Of a DNA stretch of 64,000 nt, positions 9,256 through 18,699 are shown in pieces. This stretch comes from an uncultured Lachnospiraceae bacterium (GTDB lineage Bacteria > Bacillota > Clostridia > Lachnospirales > Lachnospiraceae): NCBI GenBank assembly GCA_946566685.1, contig CAMNXA010000006.1, forward strand, positions 14,699 to 78,698. Direction: 5' to 3'. Both the position numbers and the translations under genes were made by a program. A model generated the notes under the pieces. The model had not been told where the DNA came from. It saw only the letters and a list, made by a program, of their open reading frames with translations, and did not search any database. How positions within the stretch are numbered: the stretch's first letter is position 1; each line of letters starts with the position of its first letter.

Positions 9256-10218
9256 ATGGACAAGCAATCTTCCGTTCTCAAAGAAATCCGTCCCCATGGC
9301 ACGAAATCTTTTCCCTGTGCCATCTACCGTACCCATTCCATCGGCAAAGGTGTACTGGTAAAGCACCACTGGCACGATGAAATTGAATTGTTATATTTTT
9401 CCAACGGGGATTTTCGGCTGGAGATCAATATGGAGTCCTTTCCCATCCGGTCAGAATGTTTCTATTTTATTAATCCCGGGGAATTACACAGCATCACTAC
9501 GGAAACCAGCGATGTGCACTGGGAAGACGCCGTTGTATTCTCCCCTGACATCCTGAATCTTGATTCCTATGATGAAGCGCAGGTTCATCTGATGAAACCG
9601 ATCCGCAACGGGAAACTGCTCTTTCCACGCTGTATCACCCCTGATCATCCTGCGTTTGCACCAATCCGAAATACCTTTCTGGATATTATGCGTGCTTTCG
9701 GACAGATAGTCAATGATACCGACACAGGCTCCGATACTGCAAAGAACACCGGGCTTTGCCTGCCGCCATCGGACAGCAGTCTTGTAACCGATGACTTGAC
9801 CAGTCAATTATATATCAAATCCTCCCTGCTCTACCTTCTGGCTACCCTCTCGAGGCACGGACTTTTTATGCCTACGGAAAAGAACCTTGACAAACGTGTG
9901 GAGAGCATTAAAACTGTGCTCACTTATATAAAGGAAAATTATCAGGACAAAATCTATATCGCCGACCTGGCCGGGCAGGTGAACCTGAATGAGCAATATT
10001 TCTGCCGCCTTTTCAAGAAGGCAATCGGCTGTTCTCCCATAGAATATCTCAACGAGTATCGTATCAAACAGGCAAAACGTCTTCTGGAAGAGACGGATCT
10101 GCCTGTGATGGAAGTCTGTCTGGAATGCGGCTACAACAATCTTGGTAATTTCCTGCGGGAATTTCGGAAGTACACAAATACTACGCCTTTACAATATCGG
10201 AAGCATTCTGAGGAGTAA
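9256..10218 (+). CDS. AraC-family transcriptional regulator (cupin N-terminal domain, 2xHTH C-terminus)
   Basis: The C-terminus is ...IADLAGQVNLNEQYFCRLFKKAIGCSPIEYLNEYRIKQAKRLL...GYNNLGNFLREFRKYTNTTPLQYR. AAAGGAG precedes the ATG. Confidence 0.9.
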   Translation: MDKQSSVLKEIRPHGTKSFPCAIYRTHSIGKGVLVKHHWHDEIELLYFSNGDFRLEINMESFPIRSECFYFINPGELHSITTETSDVHWEDAVVFSPDILNLDSYDEAQVHLMKPIRNGKLLFPRCITPDHPAFAPIRNTFLDIMRAFGQIVNDTDTGSDTAKNTGLCLPPSDSSLVTDDLTSQLYIKSSLLYLLATLSRHGLFMPTEKNLDKRVESIKTVLTYIKENYQDKIYIADLAGQVNLNEQYFCRLFKKAIGCSPIEYLNEYRIKQAKRLLEETDLPVMEVCLECGYNNLGNFLREFRKYTNTTPLQYRKHSEE

Positions 10219-10382
10219 ATTGTTTGTCTTGCTGGAATAATCACCTGTTATCCCTCTGCAATCCAGTATAAATTGTATAGGAAGTCATAATATTGTATTT
10301 TTTAATCAAATAAACGTAAGACATCTCCTTGGTATGTCATTAAAATCTACCTAAAGTAAGTTGCTTCGCAGGAGGTACCGTT

Positions 10383-12053
10383 ATGAACAGAAAATGGTGG
10401 CACGATAAAGTTGCATATCAGATTTATCCCAAGAGTTTTTATGATTCCAATGGAGATGGTATTGGAGACATTCCCGGTATTATCAGTAAGCTAGATTACC
10501 TCAAAGACCTGGGGGTTGATATTATCTGGCTCTCCCCCTGCTATCAGTCCCCTTTGGCTGATCAGGGTTATGACATTTCGGACTATTATAAGATAGATCC
10601 CCGCTTTGGCACCATGAAGGATATGGATCAGTTGATTGCCGAGGCCAAAAAGCGCAATATGTATATTCTTATGGACCTGGTGATAAACCACTGCTCCGAT
10701 GAACACGAGTGGTTCCGCAAGGCCTGCGAAGATCCTGATGGGAAGTACGGCAATTTCTTTTATCTGCGGGATAAAAAGGAAGGCAGCCTGCCCACCAACT
10801 GGCGTTCCTATTTTGGCGGCCCCGTATGGGATGACCTGCCCGGCACCAATAAACAGTATCTCCATGTATTTCACAAGAAACAGCCGGATCTTAACTGGGA
10901 GAATCCCGAACTGCGGGAGGAAGTGTATAAGAACATCAACTGGTGGCTGGACAAAGGGCTTGGCGGGTTCCGCCTGGATGCGATTATTAATATCAAAAAG
11001 GCAGTCCCTCTGCACGACTACGCCCCCGATAGGGAGGACGGTCTTTGCAGTGTGCAGGCCATGCTGCAAGAAGCTGCGGGCATTGGGGAATTTCTCGGAG
11101 AAATGCGAGACCGTACTTTCCGGAAATATGATGCCTTCACAGTCGGCGAGGTATTCAATGAAAAACCGGAAGAAATCCCGGACTTCATCGGAGATGAGGG
11201 TTATTTCTCCAGTATGTTTGACTTCAACGAGACAATCTTTGGCGGCAGTGAGAAGGGCTGGTATGATGCCACACCGATCACCCCGGATGATTACAAAGAA
11301 TGCTGCTTTACGGCACAGGCCAAAGTCGGGGACATCGGCTTTCTCTCCAATATCATCGAGAACCATGACGAGCCCCGCGGCGTCAGCCATTACATACCGG
11401 AAGGCGACTGCTGCCTCGAAAGCAAAAAGATGCTGGCGGCTCTGAACTTCATGCTGCGCGGTCTCCCTTTTATCTATCAGGGACAGGAGCTTGGCATGGA
11501 AAATGTGCCAATCTCTTCCATCGATGAGGTGGACGATATCTCCGCCCGCAGTGAATATCAGGTTGCCCTGGAGGCTGGCCTTTCCCCACAACAAGCTTTA
11601 AAAGTAATATCCCGCTTCAGCCGCGACAATGCCCGCACTCCCATGCAGTGGTCGGATGATCCAAATGCCGGCTTCACCAGCGGTACGCCCTGGCTGAAGG
11701 TCAATCCCAACTATACCTCCATCAACGCGGCAATGCAGATAGAGGATGCGGATTCGGTCTACTCCTTTTATAAGAAACTGATCGCCCTGCGCAAGGATCC
11801 CGACTATAAGGAGACCATTGTGTACGGCGGCCTGGAACCGCTGTGGAGAGACCGGCACAATCTGATGGCATATTACCGCAAAGGAGACCGCACCCTGCTG
11901 GTGGTCGGCAACTATCAGCGCGAAGAGCAGGAAATCACACTGCCCGGAACATGTCGGAACGTACTATTGAATAATTATAAGGATATTGCGGAAGATAAGG
12001 GAACGATTACCTTACATGGATATCAGGTCTTGATATTGGAAATGGCGCTATAG
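10383..12053 (+). CDS. GH13 oligo-1,6-glucosidase / alpha-glucosidase
   Basis: The conserved GH13 regions are DLVINHCSDEH, GFRLDAINIIKK, GEVF and IENHDEPR. Confidence 0.92.
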   Translation: MNRKWWHDKVAYQIYPKSFYDSNGDGIGDIPGIISKLDYLKDLGVDIIWLSPCYQSPLADQGYDISDYYKIDPRFGTMKDMDQLIAEAKKRNMYILMDLVINHCSDEHEWFRKACEDPDGKYGNFFYLRDKKEGSLPTNWRSYFGGPVWDDLPGTNKQYLHVFHKKQPDLNWENPELREEVYKNINWWLDKGLGGFRLDAIINIKKAVPLHDYAPDREDGLCSVQAMLQEAAGIGEFLGEMRDRTFRKYDAFTVGEVFNEKPEEIPDFIGDEGYFSSMFDFNETIFGGSEKGWYDATPITPDDYKECCFTAQAKVGDIGFLSNIIENHDEPRGVSHYIPEGDCCLESKKMLAALNFMLRGLPFIYQGQELGMENVPISSIDEVDDISARSEYQVALEAGLSPQQALKVISRFSRDNARTPMQWSDDPNAGFTSGTPWLKVNPNYTSINAAMQIEDADSVYSFYKKLIALRKDPDYKETIVYGGLEPLWRDRHNLMAYYRKGDRTLLVVGNYQREEQEITLPGTCRNVLLNNYKDIAEDKGTITLHGYQVLILEMAL

Positions 12054-12089
12054 AATGACGATTTGGAGAGAGAAAGGAAGGATAACATT

Positions 12090-13757
12090 ATGGACAAAAC
12101 ATGGTGGAAAGAAGCAGTTGTTTATCAGATTTACCCCCGCAGCTTTATGGACAGCAACGGGGACGGTATCGGCGATCTGCAGGGAATCATCAGCAGGCTG
12201 GATTATTTAAAATATCTGGGAGTGGACGTGATATGGCTCTCCCCGGTGTATAAGTCTCCCAATGATGACAATGGCTATGATATCAGCGATTACCAGGATA
12301 TCATGGACGAATTCGGTACCATGGAAGACTTTGACGAACTGCTGGCGGCCGCCCATGAAAGAGGCCTCAAGATCGTTATGGATCTGGTGGTAAACCATAC
12401 ATCCGATGAACATAAATGGTTTATGGAGAGCCGCAAATCCAAAGACAATGCATACCGTGACTATTACATCTGGCGTGAGGGCAAAGACGAACAGACACCG
12501 CCCAACAACTGGGGCTCCTGTTTCGGCGGATCGGCCTGGCAGTACGATGAAGCCACCGATATGTACTATCTGCACCTTTTTTCCAAAAAGCAGCCGGATC
12601 TGAACTGGGATAATCCCAAGGTGCGCAAGGAAGTGTTCGACATGATGACATGGTGGTGCGATAAAGGCATAGACGGGTTCCGTATGGACGTGATCAGCAT
12701 GATCTCCAAGACAAAAGAAATGCCTGACGGCGAGGTGCACGACCTGTACGGCAGTTTCGATCCCTACTGCGTACATGGCCCCAATGTGCATCAGTATCTA
12801 CAGGAGATGAACGAAAAGGTACTGTCCAGATACGATATCATGACCGTAGGCGAGACGGCAGGCGTGACCACACAGCTGGCCAAACAGTACGCCGGCAAAG
12901 ATACCCATGAACTCAATATGGTATTCCAGTTTGAGCATGTGGAAGGGGATGGCAAATATGGAAAATGGACAGATGAAAAGACCCCTCTCACCACCTTAAA
13001 GAAAATCCTGTCCCGCTGGCAGACTGACCTTTATGATCAGGCATGGAACAGCCTGTTCTGGGATAATCATGACCAGCCCCGCGCCGTGTCAAGGTTTGGC
13101 GATGACCGCCCTCAGTATCGGGAAGTATCCGCAAAGATGCTTGCCACCTGCCTGCACATGATGCAGGGTACCCCTTATATCTACCAGGGGGAAGAACTGG
13201 GCATGACCAACTATCCTTTCCAAAGTCCGGCAGACTTCCGCGACATTGAGAGCATCAATGCCTATAAAGAATGGTGCAGCGAGGGCACCCTGTCCCATGA
13301 AACCTTCTGGCCCTGCATCACTTTTAAGAGCCGCGACAATGCCCGAACTCCTGTACAGTGGGATGACTCTGAACAGGCTGGTTTTACCACCGGTACGCCC
13401 TGGATTGCCGTCAATCCCAACTATAAAGAGATTAATGCCAAGGCGGCAACCGCTGATCCCAATTCCGTATTTCACTACTATAAGAAGCTGATCGAGCTCA
13501 GAAAGGCAAATCCGGTCATCGTCTACGGTAAATACGAAGCCATGCTGGAAGACAGCGAGGAACTGTTCGTTTACACCAGGACTCTGGAGGATGAGAAACT
13601 TCTGGTGGTATGTAACTTCTGCGACCACGAAGTTCCCTTCACCCTGCCTGATGAGTTCGTGAAGGCGTCCTGCCTGATTGCCAACAGGGAGAATACGTAT
13701 GATTCAACCGAAATAAGCGTGAAGCCCTATGAGGCCTTTGTACTGCACAAAAAGTAA
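12090..13757 (+). CDS. GH13 oligo-1,6-glucosidase / alpha-glucosidase (tandem paralogue)
   Basis: It carries DLVVNHTSDEH, GFRMDVISMISK, GETAG and WDNHDQPR. I take the ATG at 12090 (MDKTWWKEAVVYQIYPRSF); the track start at 12063 is a TTG. Confidence 0.92.
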   Translation: MDKTWWKEAVVYQIYPRSFMDSNGDGIGDLQGIISRLDYLKYLGVDVIWLSPVYKSPNDDNGYDISDYQDIMDEFGTMEDFDELLAAAHERGLKIVMDLVVNHTSDEHKWFMESRKSKDNAYRDYYIWREGKDEQTPPNNWGSCFGGSAWQYDEATDMYYLHLFSKKQPDLNWDNPKVRKEVFDMMTWWCDKGIDGFRMDVISMISKTKEMPDGEVHDLYGSFDPYCVHGPNVHQYLQEMNEKVLSRYDIMTVGETAGVTTQLAKQYAGKDTHELNMVFQFEHVEGDGKYGKWTDEKTPLTTLKKILSRWQTDLYDQAWNSLFWDNHDQPRAVSRFGDDRPQYREVSAKMLATCLHMMQGTPYIYQGEELGMTNYPFQSPADFRDIESINAYKEWCSEGTLSHETFWPCITFKSRDNARTPVQWDDSEQAGFTTGTPWIAVNPNYKEINAKAATADPNSVFHYYKKLIELRKANPVIVYGKYEAMLEDSEELFVYTRTLEDEKLLVVCNFCDHEVPFTLPDEFVKASCLIANRENTYDSTEISVKPYEAFVLHKK

Positions 13758-13813
13758 ATTTGCTTCGCAAATTAACTTTGCGAGATCCGCTTTGCGAACT
13801 CGGATAAGCGGAG
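13752..13813 (+). repeat. structured intergenic repeat, copy A
   Basis: AAGTAAATTTGCTTCGCAAATTAACTTTGCGAGATCCGCTTTGCGAACTCGGATAAGCGGAG matches 47500-47561 with 2 mismatches. It contains two hairpins (AATTTGC-ttc-GCAAATT and TCCGCTT...AAGCGGA). Confidence 0.8.
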
Positions 13814-13841
13814 AAATGTCATATACAGAGAGAGTACCCTT

Positions 13842-14273
13842 TTAAAGGTACTCTCTCATATCTTTCACCAGAGTCTCCTCTGCTTCAATCGTCTCTCTGG
13901 CAATTTTCTTTGCCTTTTCATCCGCTGCCTGATACTGATGCAGATAGCGGTACAGTGACTTGACACCCATATTACAGCCATCCGTGATCAGGTCTGCCAC
14001 GACCCTGTCAGATTCCTCTCCACCCAGCTTGACATTGGTCTTCATCCAGGACATCACCTTGGCCATCGGCGCAGGTTCCTTACCCTCATCGTGATATTCC
14101 CGCAGATAATCATGTGTCTTATCTCCCAGTTTGCAATGCGTGTCCTTACTTTTTCTCAGCAGGTTTTCCAGCGTGCTGTCCTTCACATGCTCCATCACAT
14201 CGTCCAGGGAAGAAATGCCCATCTTAATTCCCGCATTACACTCCCGCAGCAGTTTAATCGTATCGTCTTCCAT
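13842..14273 (-). CDS. conserved hypothetical protein, predicted all-helical
   Basis: A clean 143-aa ORF with GGAGG upstream. I recognise no motif. Confidence 0.5.
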   Translation of the reverse strand: MEDDTIKLLRECNAGIKMGISSLDDVMEHVKDSTLENLLRKSKDTHCKLGDKTHDYLREYHDEGKEPAPMAKVMSWMKTNVKLGGEESDRVVADLITDGCNMGVKSLYRYLHQYQAADEKAKKIARETIEAEETLVKDMREYL

Positions 14274-14366
14274 TATGAGGCCTCCTTTTGTTCATCATTT
14301 ACCATGTAGTATGTGTTATCTGAACAATATTATCCTGTGGGACCTCAAACCTTTGAAAAGTAACAA

Positions 14367-15128
14367 CTACTGCCTGTCAAAATATGCCTTCCCGTCTTCC
14401 GGCTTAAAATACGTCCGCAGAAATCCATCGGTAGACACGATCACAAACTCATTGGTAGCTTCCAGATAATACACATCGTCCCCATCTTCCGCTTCCAATT
14501 TATGTAATACATCTGCTGAGGCAATCACCCGATTGGCTCCCGCCAGATATTCTTCCGCCGAGGCATAGCCAAATTCTGCCCCATGTTTCGCAAAATGTTC
14601 CTGCAAATATTCCGCTTTGCGGAAATTATAGGTATAAGTGACTGCTGGGGTTACTACTGCCTCTGGCTCACTGGTGGATAACTCTGCGGCAGCTGGCTCT
14701 ACCGCCGGTTCATCAGTGGACAGTTCTGCGGCAGCTGGCTTTTCCGCAGACATCTCTTCAGCAGCCGCTATATCCGCCCTTTCGCCCGCAGGCATCTGCA
14801 CGGTCTGCTCTTGGACTGTACCGCCATCCTGTCCAGGCATAAATCCCATCCGGGATCCAATAATAACAGCTGCCAGCAGTATCAGAACCGCCACGATTAC
14901 CGCCCAAGATTTTTTCCGGCCGTTTCCTCCTCCGTGATACGCCCTGACGACCTGGCTATTGTCCTGTGCCACTGGCTGTATCTGCTTCCCTGTTTTACCG
15001 CTCGCTCTATTCTCCCTGCGGCATGCTTCACATCGCTTCGGAATATGTAAATTTTTACTTTGATAAAAGGCAATCTCGTCCTGTGTCAGGACAAATTCCT
15101 TTCCACATTGTTTGCATATTCTCTTCAT
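14367..15128 (-). CDS. zinc-ribbon membrane protein with a repeat linker and a conserved C-terminal domain of unknown function
   Basis: The N-terminus has CKQCGKEF...CEACRR (a C4 zinc ribbon), followed by one TM helix (WAVIVAVLILLAAVIIG). A Pro/Ala/Glu linker contains the duplicated PAAAELST[DS]EP. The C-terminus is ...YLQEHFAKHGAEFGYASAEEYL...TNEFVIVSTDGFLRTYFKP. Confidence 0.6.
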   Translation of the reverse strand: MKRICKQCGKEFVLTQDEIAFYQSKNLHIPKRCEACRRENRASGKTGKQIQPVAQDNSQVVRAYHGGGNGRKKSWAVIVAVLILLAAVIIGSRMGFMPGQDGGTVQEQTVQMPAGERADIAAAEEMSAEKPAAAELSTDEPAVEPAAAELSTSEPEAVVTPAVTYTYNFRKAEYLQEHFAKHGAEFGYASAEEYLAGANRVIASADVLHKLEAEDGDDVYYLEATNEFVIVSTDGFLRTYFKPEDGKAYFDRQ

Positions 15129-15185
15129 TTTTCACCACACCATCTTTCTAGTACTTAATCTCTTTCTCTTCCAGTCTCCATTGCC

Positions 15186-16553
15186 TCAACTCCGCATCAT
15201 CCTGTCAACAATTTTCTTTTGTTTATAAAAATAATAACCACTCACCAAAGCCGCACACATGATCCAACTGATCGGATAGCAGGCCACAATCTGCCGCAGG
15301 CCCTCCAGACCTTCCGATACCGGAATCATACTCACCCAAATAATACGGAATACACAGATACCAAAGACCGATATGATTGTTGTCACAAAGGTATACCCCT
15401 GCGCTCTGAGTGAACCTGAAAAAATCTCAATAAACACAAACATCACAAAGAAAGGTGCAATACTTCTCATCATTGTCAGACCAATCTCCACCACTGCCAC
15501 ATCCCCTGTAAAAATCCCCAGCAGGAAACGCCCCGCCATCATCAGGATTGCCGTCAGACAGACAGCCGTACCCACTGCCATGCCAAGACAGTCTCTGGTA
15601 CCCTTTTTCACACGATCCCATTTACCGGCACCGTAGTTTTGCCCCACAAAGGTGGTAAGTGCAATGCCAAAAGAAGAATTGATCATCCAGAATACACTGT
15701 CCACCTTGCCATAAGCCGTCCACGCCGCCATGGTATTGACTCCCAACAGATTGAGAGACGCCTGCACGATCATATTGGAAATGCTGTACATGGAAGACTG
15801 CAAACCGGAAGGAAACCCAATCTGCAACATATTTATCAGAACTTCCGAATGAATCCTGATCTTGCGGATGGACAACGTCATACAATCCACCTTGTGCATC
15901 AGCGCCCAGGTAACCATCACTGCGCTGATTGCCTGTGACACCAGCGTAGCTACCGCCACACCCAGGACACCCAGGTTGCAATAAAGCACCAGCACAAGAT
16001 CCAGCACGATATTCACGATACAGCACACCACCAGATAGTACAGCGGCCGCTTGGAATCCCCGATAGCGCGCAGAATTGCCGCCCCCATATTATAGATAAA
16101 CACAAAGACCAGACCGGAAAAATAAATCCTTATGTACAACGTGGACATATCCATCAGTTCCGCCGGCGTATTCATCCAATCCAGAATTAATGGCGCAGCC
16201 ACAACTCCCAGAACACCCAGGCCGATTCCTCCCAGGATTCCGAACGCATAAGAAGTATGCAGCGCGTCTTCCAGCCTCTGCTTATGAGCCGCCCCATAAG
16301 CCTGAGAAATCAGCACCGTTCCGCCCGCTGTCAGGCCCGTAAAAAATCCCACCACCATATTGATGATCTGGGCAGAAGAACCGCCCACACTGGACAGAGC
16401 CTCCTTCCCGGCAAACTGACCCACGATCACCGTGTCCACTGTATTGTAAAGCTGCTGAAAAAAGGTGCCGATCAGAATCGGAAAGAAAAAGACCAATAAC
16501 TGCTTCCAGATCACACCTTCCAATATTCCATTCTGTTTTTCTTTCGTTTCCAT
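15186..16553 (-). CDS. MATE-family efflux transporter
   Basis: It has a 12-TM profile and the N-terminus ...LLVFFFPILIGTFFQQLYNTVDTVIVGQF... Confidence 0.9.
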   Translation of the reverse strand: METKEKQNGILEGVIWKQLLVFFFPILIGTFFQQLYNTVDTVIVGQFAGKEALSSVGGSSAQIINMVVGFFTGLTAGGTVLISQAYGAAHKQRLEDALHTSYAFGILGGIGLGVLGVVAAPLILDWMNTPAELMDMSTLYIRIYFSGLVFVFIYNMGAAILRAIGDSKRPLYYLVVCCIVNIVLDLVLVLYCNLGVLGVAVATLVSQAISAVMVTWALMHKVDCMTLSIRKIRIHSEVLINMLQIGFPSGLQSSMYSISNMIVQASLNLLGVNTMAAWTAYGKVDSVFWMINSSFGIALTTFVGQNYGAGKWDRVKKGTRDCLGMAVGTAVCLTAILMMAGRFLLGIFTGDVAVVEIGLTMMRSIAPFFVMFVFIEIFSGSLRAQGYTFVTTIISVFGICVFRIIWVSMIPVSEGLEGLRQIVACYPISWIMCAALVSGYYFYKQKKIVDRMMRS

Positions 16554-17620
16554 TATTCTACCCTTAACCTATATTCCAACTGACAATCAAATGGCTCCCG
16601 CTCCACATGCGCTGTATCATACATCTGTGCCTCCACGCACCCTATCGCCTGATAAAACGCCTGCGTCTCCACCGCCGAATGAGCCGATATGTATAGCTTG
16701 TCTGCGCCCTTTTGTCTGGCCCAGGCCGCCGCCTGCTCAAAAAGCTTCCTGCCGATTCCCTGACCGCGCATGTCCTCCGACACATGAATGCTGGACAAAT
16801 CCAAATAACGATGCCCCCCGCCAAACAACGAAGATTCTACCGAGACAAATCCTTTCAGCCACCCTCGATAAAAAACCCCGCACACCAATCCACCTGTCCG
16901 TACCGTATTCTTAAGGCAGTCAATCAACAGCCGATACTCTTCCTCAGACCAGTCATCCGTAAACGGATCCTCCACAATAACCCACTCCCCGTTTATCTTT
17001 CTCCTGCACTTCGTCACCTTCTGATGACGCACAAAACGTTCAAACAAAGCCGGACATATCTCCTGTTCTGCCAATAGTCTGTACCAACTACTATCTTCGA
17101 TATAACTTTGCGTCCCTTCCATGACATATGCTAAAATTTCCAGATTCCGCCCCGTGTCTTCCGGGATTTCCAGGGAATGGTTTGTGTTCTCAATGATGCA
17201 TAACGGCAAATCACTTTCCCTGCATTTCGTCCGTATCATCTCAGTCTCCGCCCAGGGATCTCCGGTCCCGTGAAATACAATCCCTGGTTGCGGCGCAAAC
17301 GTGAAAGTCCTTTCCAACGGCGTATAATAAATATTTCTACAATTCACAGAATATTTGTCGGCATAGGCACAGGCGACAGCCGTCCCAATGCTTTTCGACA
17401 CAAAAAGAATATCCTCGTACTGCTTCCAGTCCACCTCTGCCAGACAGGTTTCCGTCTGGGAAAGAGCGCCGGTGAAAGCTTCGTCCAAATCTTTGCTCAG
17501 TCCCTCGTATTTTATCTTAATCGTCTCATATTGATACTGTTTTGCAAGCTTTTCACTGTAATAAAGAAGCGGTTTATCACAGTGATATCCTATCCCCGGA
17601 AAAAATACCGCCAATTTCAT
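16553..17620 (-). CDS. alpha/beta-hydrolase-like domain fused to a GNAT N-acetyltransferase
   Basis: The ATG at 17620 (MKLAVFFPGIGYHCDKP...) follows GGAGGAG. The N-terminal half has ...FVSKSIGT... (GxSxG-like). The C-terminal GNAT acetyl-CoA motif is MRGQGIGRKLFEQAAAWARQKGADKLYI. There is a 1-nt stop/start overlap with the MATE gene. Confidence 0.7.
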   Translation of the reverse strand: MKLAVFFPGIGYHCDKPLLYYSEKLAKQYQYETIKIKYEGLSKDLDEAFTGALSQTETCLAEVDWKQYEDILFVSKSIGTAVACAYADKYSVNCRNIYYTPLERTFTFAPQPGIVFHGTGDPWAETEMIRTKCRESDLPLCIIENTNHSLEIPEDTGRNLEILAYVMEGTQSYIEDSSWYRLLAEQEICPALFERFVRHQKVTKCRRKINGEWVIVEDPFTDDWSEEEYRLLIDCLKNTVRTGGLVCGVFYRGWLKGFVSVESSLFGGGHRYLDLSSIHVSEDMRGQGIGRKLFEQAAAWARQKGADKLYISAHSAVETQAFYQAIGCVEAQMYDTAHVEREPFDCQLEYRLRVE

Positions 17621-17702
17621 GATTTCTTTTCTCCTCCACCAATACCCAAAGGCAAAACTGCCTACATCCGACCTCAATACCCGCCATTCCTCAAACAACA
17701 AC

Positions 17703-18677
17703 TCAATTCTGCCACCTAATCTGCTCCTGCTTAATCAAGGGATACCGGATTAAGTCCTGTCTCTCCAAATCTTCCCTGTACATATCCACCGCCGCAATCT
17801 GATGATTGTCATAAGTGGTATAATAATAAATCCCCCTGTCTGCATTACAGCAGGAAGTATAAATCGTTATTTCATACTTGCCGTCTTCCAGTTCACAGCA
17901 TCCCCTCTGCTGATCCACGGAACCCAGAATATGGAAAAACTGACTGACACTCTCCGCCTCTCCCTCTCCGGAAACCGAATTCATCCTGACAAATGCCGCC
18001 CGCACAAACCTTGACTGGGACGATACATCTCCCGGCAGTCCCAGAGCGCCAAGCCCACGGCTGTAAGGCTGCAAATCAAGCCCTTTTGCAAAGGTATTGA
18101 CCGGCGACCTGACCGACAGATGCATATAATCATTCAAGTGAAACAACTGTTGGTCAAACGGCGGATTATTCGTCAGCACACCCACAGGATTCTCATAAAT
18201 CTTGATCCCCTCTTTCACTGCTTCCACCACAATGGCTTCCTCTCTGTCCGCAATGATCCAGTGTAACTGGGCTGCCGGCAGAGTTTCGGCAAATGATGCA
18301 TCAAACAGATTCATCCTTTCCACAAGCGTCCGGGCTTCCTTGACCGTTGCACACTGACACAGTATCCATGGAATCAGCTCAAACTGCGCAATGTTATCCT
18401 TTCCTTCCGTCTTCTTCCAAAAAGCAGCATTCCCCACAAAATTAAGACCTGCCATCCCCAGGCCTTTTTCGTTGACCGCATCATAGTAGAGCGGATAACC
18501 CGATGCTACATGCGCCATTCCAATAAACGCATAATGCGTGTTACATTCCCCCGCTTCCACAAAATGGAAAGGATAGTTTCTGGGGGTAATGGTCACTTCT
18601 TCCCCATAGGAAAAATCATAATCCAATGTCCGCCCAAAATAAAAATCTCTGGTCTTATAGGTTGCCGCTGTACACAT
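17703..18677 (-). CDS. choloylglycine hydrolase family protein (bile salt hydrolase / penicillin V acylase type Ntn hydrolase)
   Basis: It starts MCTAATYKTRDFYFGRTLDY: Cys2 is the nucleophile, and Arg and Asp sit at the expected spacing. The length of 324 aa is typical. Confidence 0.85.
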   Translation of the reverse strand: MCTAATYKTRDFYFGRTLDYDFSYGEEVTITPRNYPFHFVEAGECNTHYAFIGMAHVASGYPLYYDAVNEKGLGMAGLNFVGNAAFWKKTEGKDNIAQFELIPWILCQCATVKEARTLVERMNLFDASFAETLPAAQLHWIIADREEAIVVEAVKEGIKIYENPVGVLTNNPPFDQQLFHLNDYMHLSVRSPVNTFAKGLDLQPYSRGLGALGLPGDVSSQSRFVRAAFVRMNSVSGEGEAESVSQFFHILGSVDQQRGCCELEDGKYEITIYTSCCNADRGIYYYTTYDNHQIAAVDMYREDLERQDLIRYPLIKQEQIRWQN

Positions 18678-18699
18678 GGTTTCCTCCAGTTCGGAGCGT

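Noticed and set aside
9051-10382. Catabolite-responsive (cre) sites near the alpha-glucosidase genes.
   Set aside because: I found no convincing match to the TGWAANCGNTNWCA-type palindrome in the two intergenic regions.
10491-11594. A 367-aa minus-strand ORF lies inside the first GH13 gene.
   Set aside because: It is antisense to a gene with all four GH13 signature regions. Its product is low-complexity with no motif or RBS, so it is a shadow ORF. The same reasoning applies to 10699-11445, 12207-12791 and 13089-13628.
14640-14760. A tandem DNA duplication (…CTGCGGCAGCTGGCT…).
   Set aside because: It lies in-frame in the linker of the zinc-ribbon protein and encodes the duplicated PAAAELST[DS]EP. 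It is a coding low-complexity repeat only.
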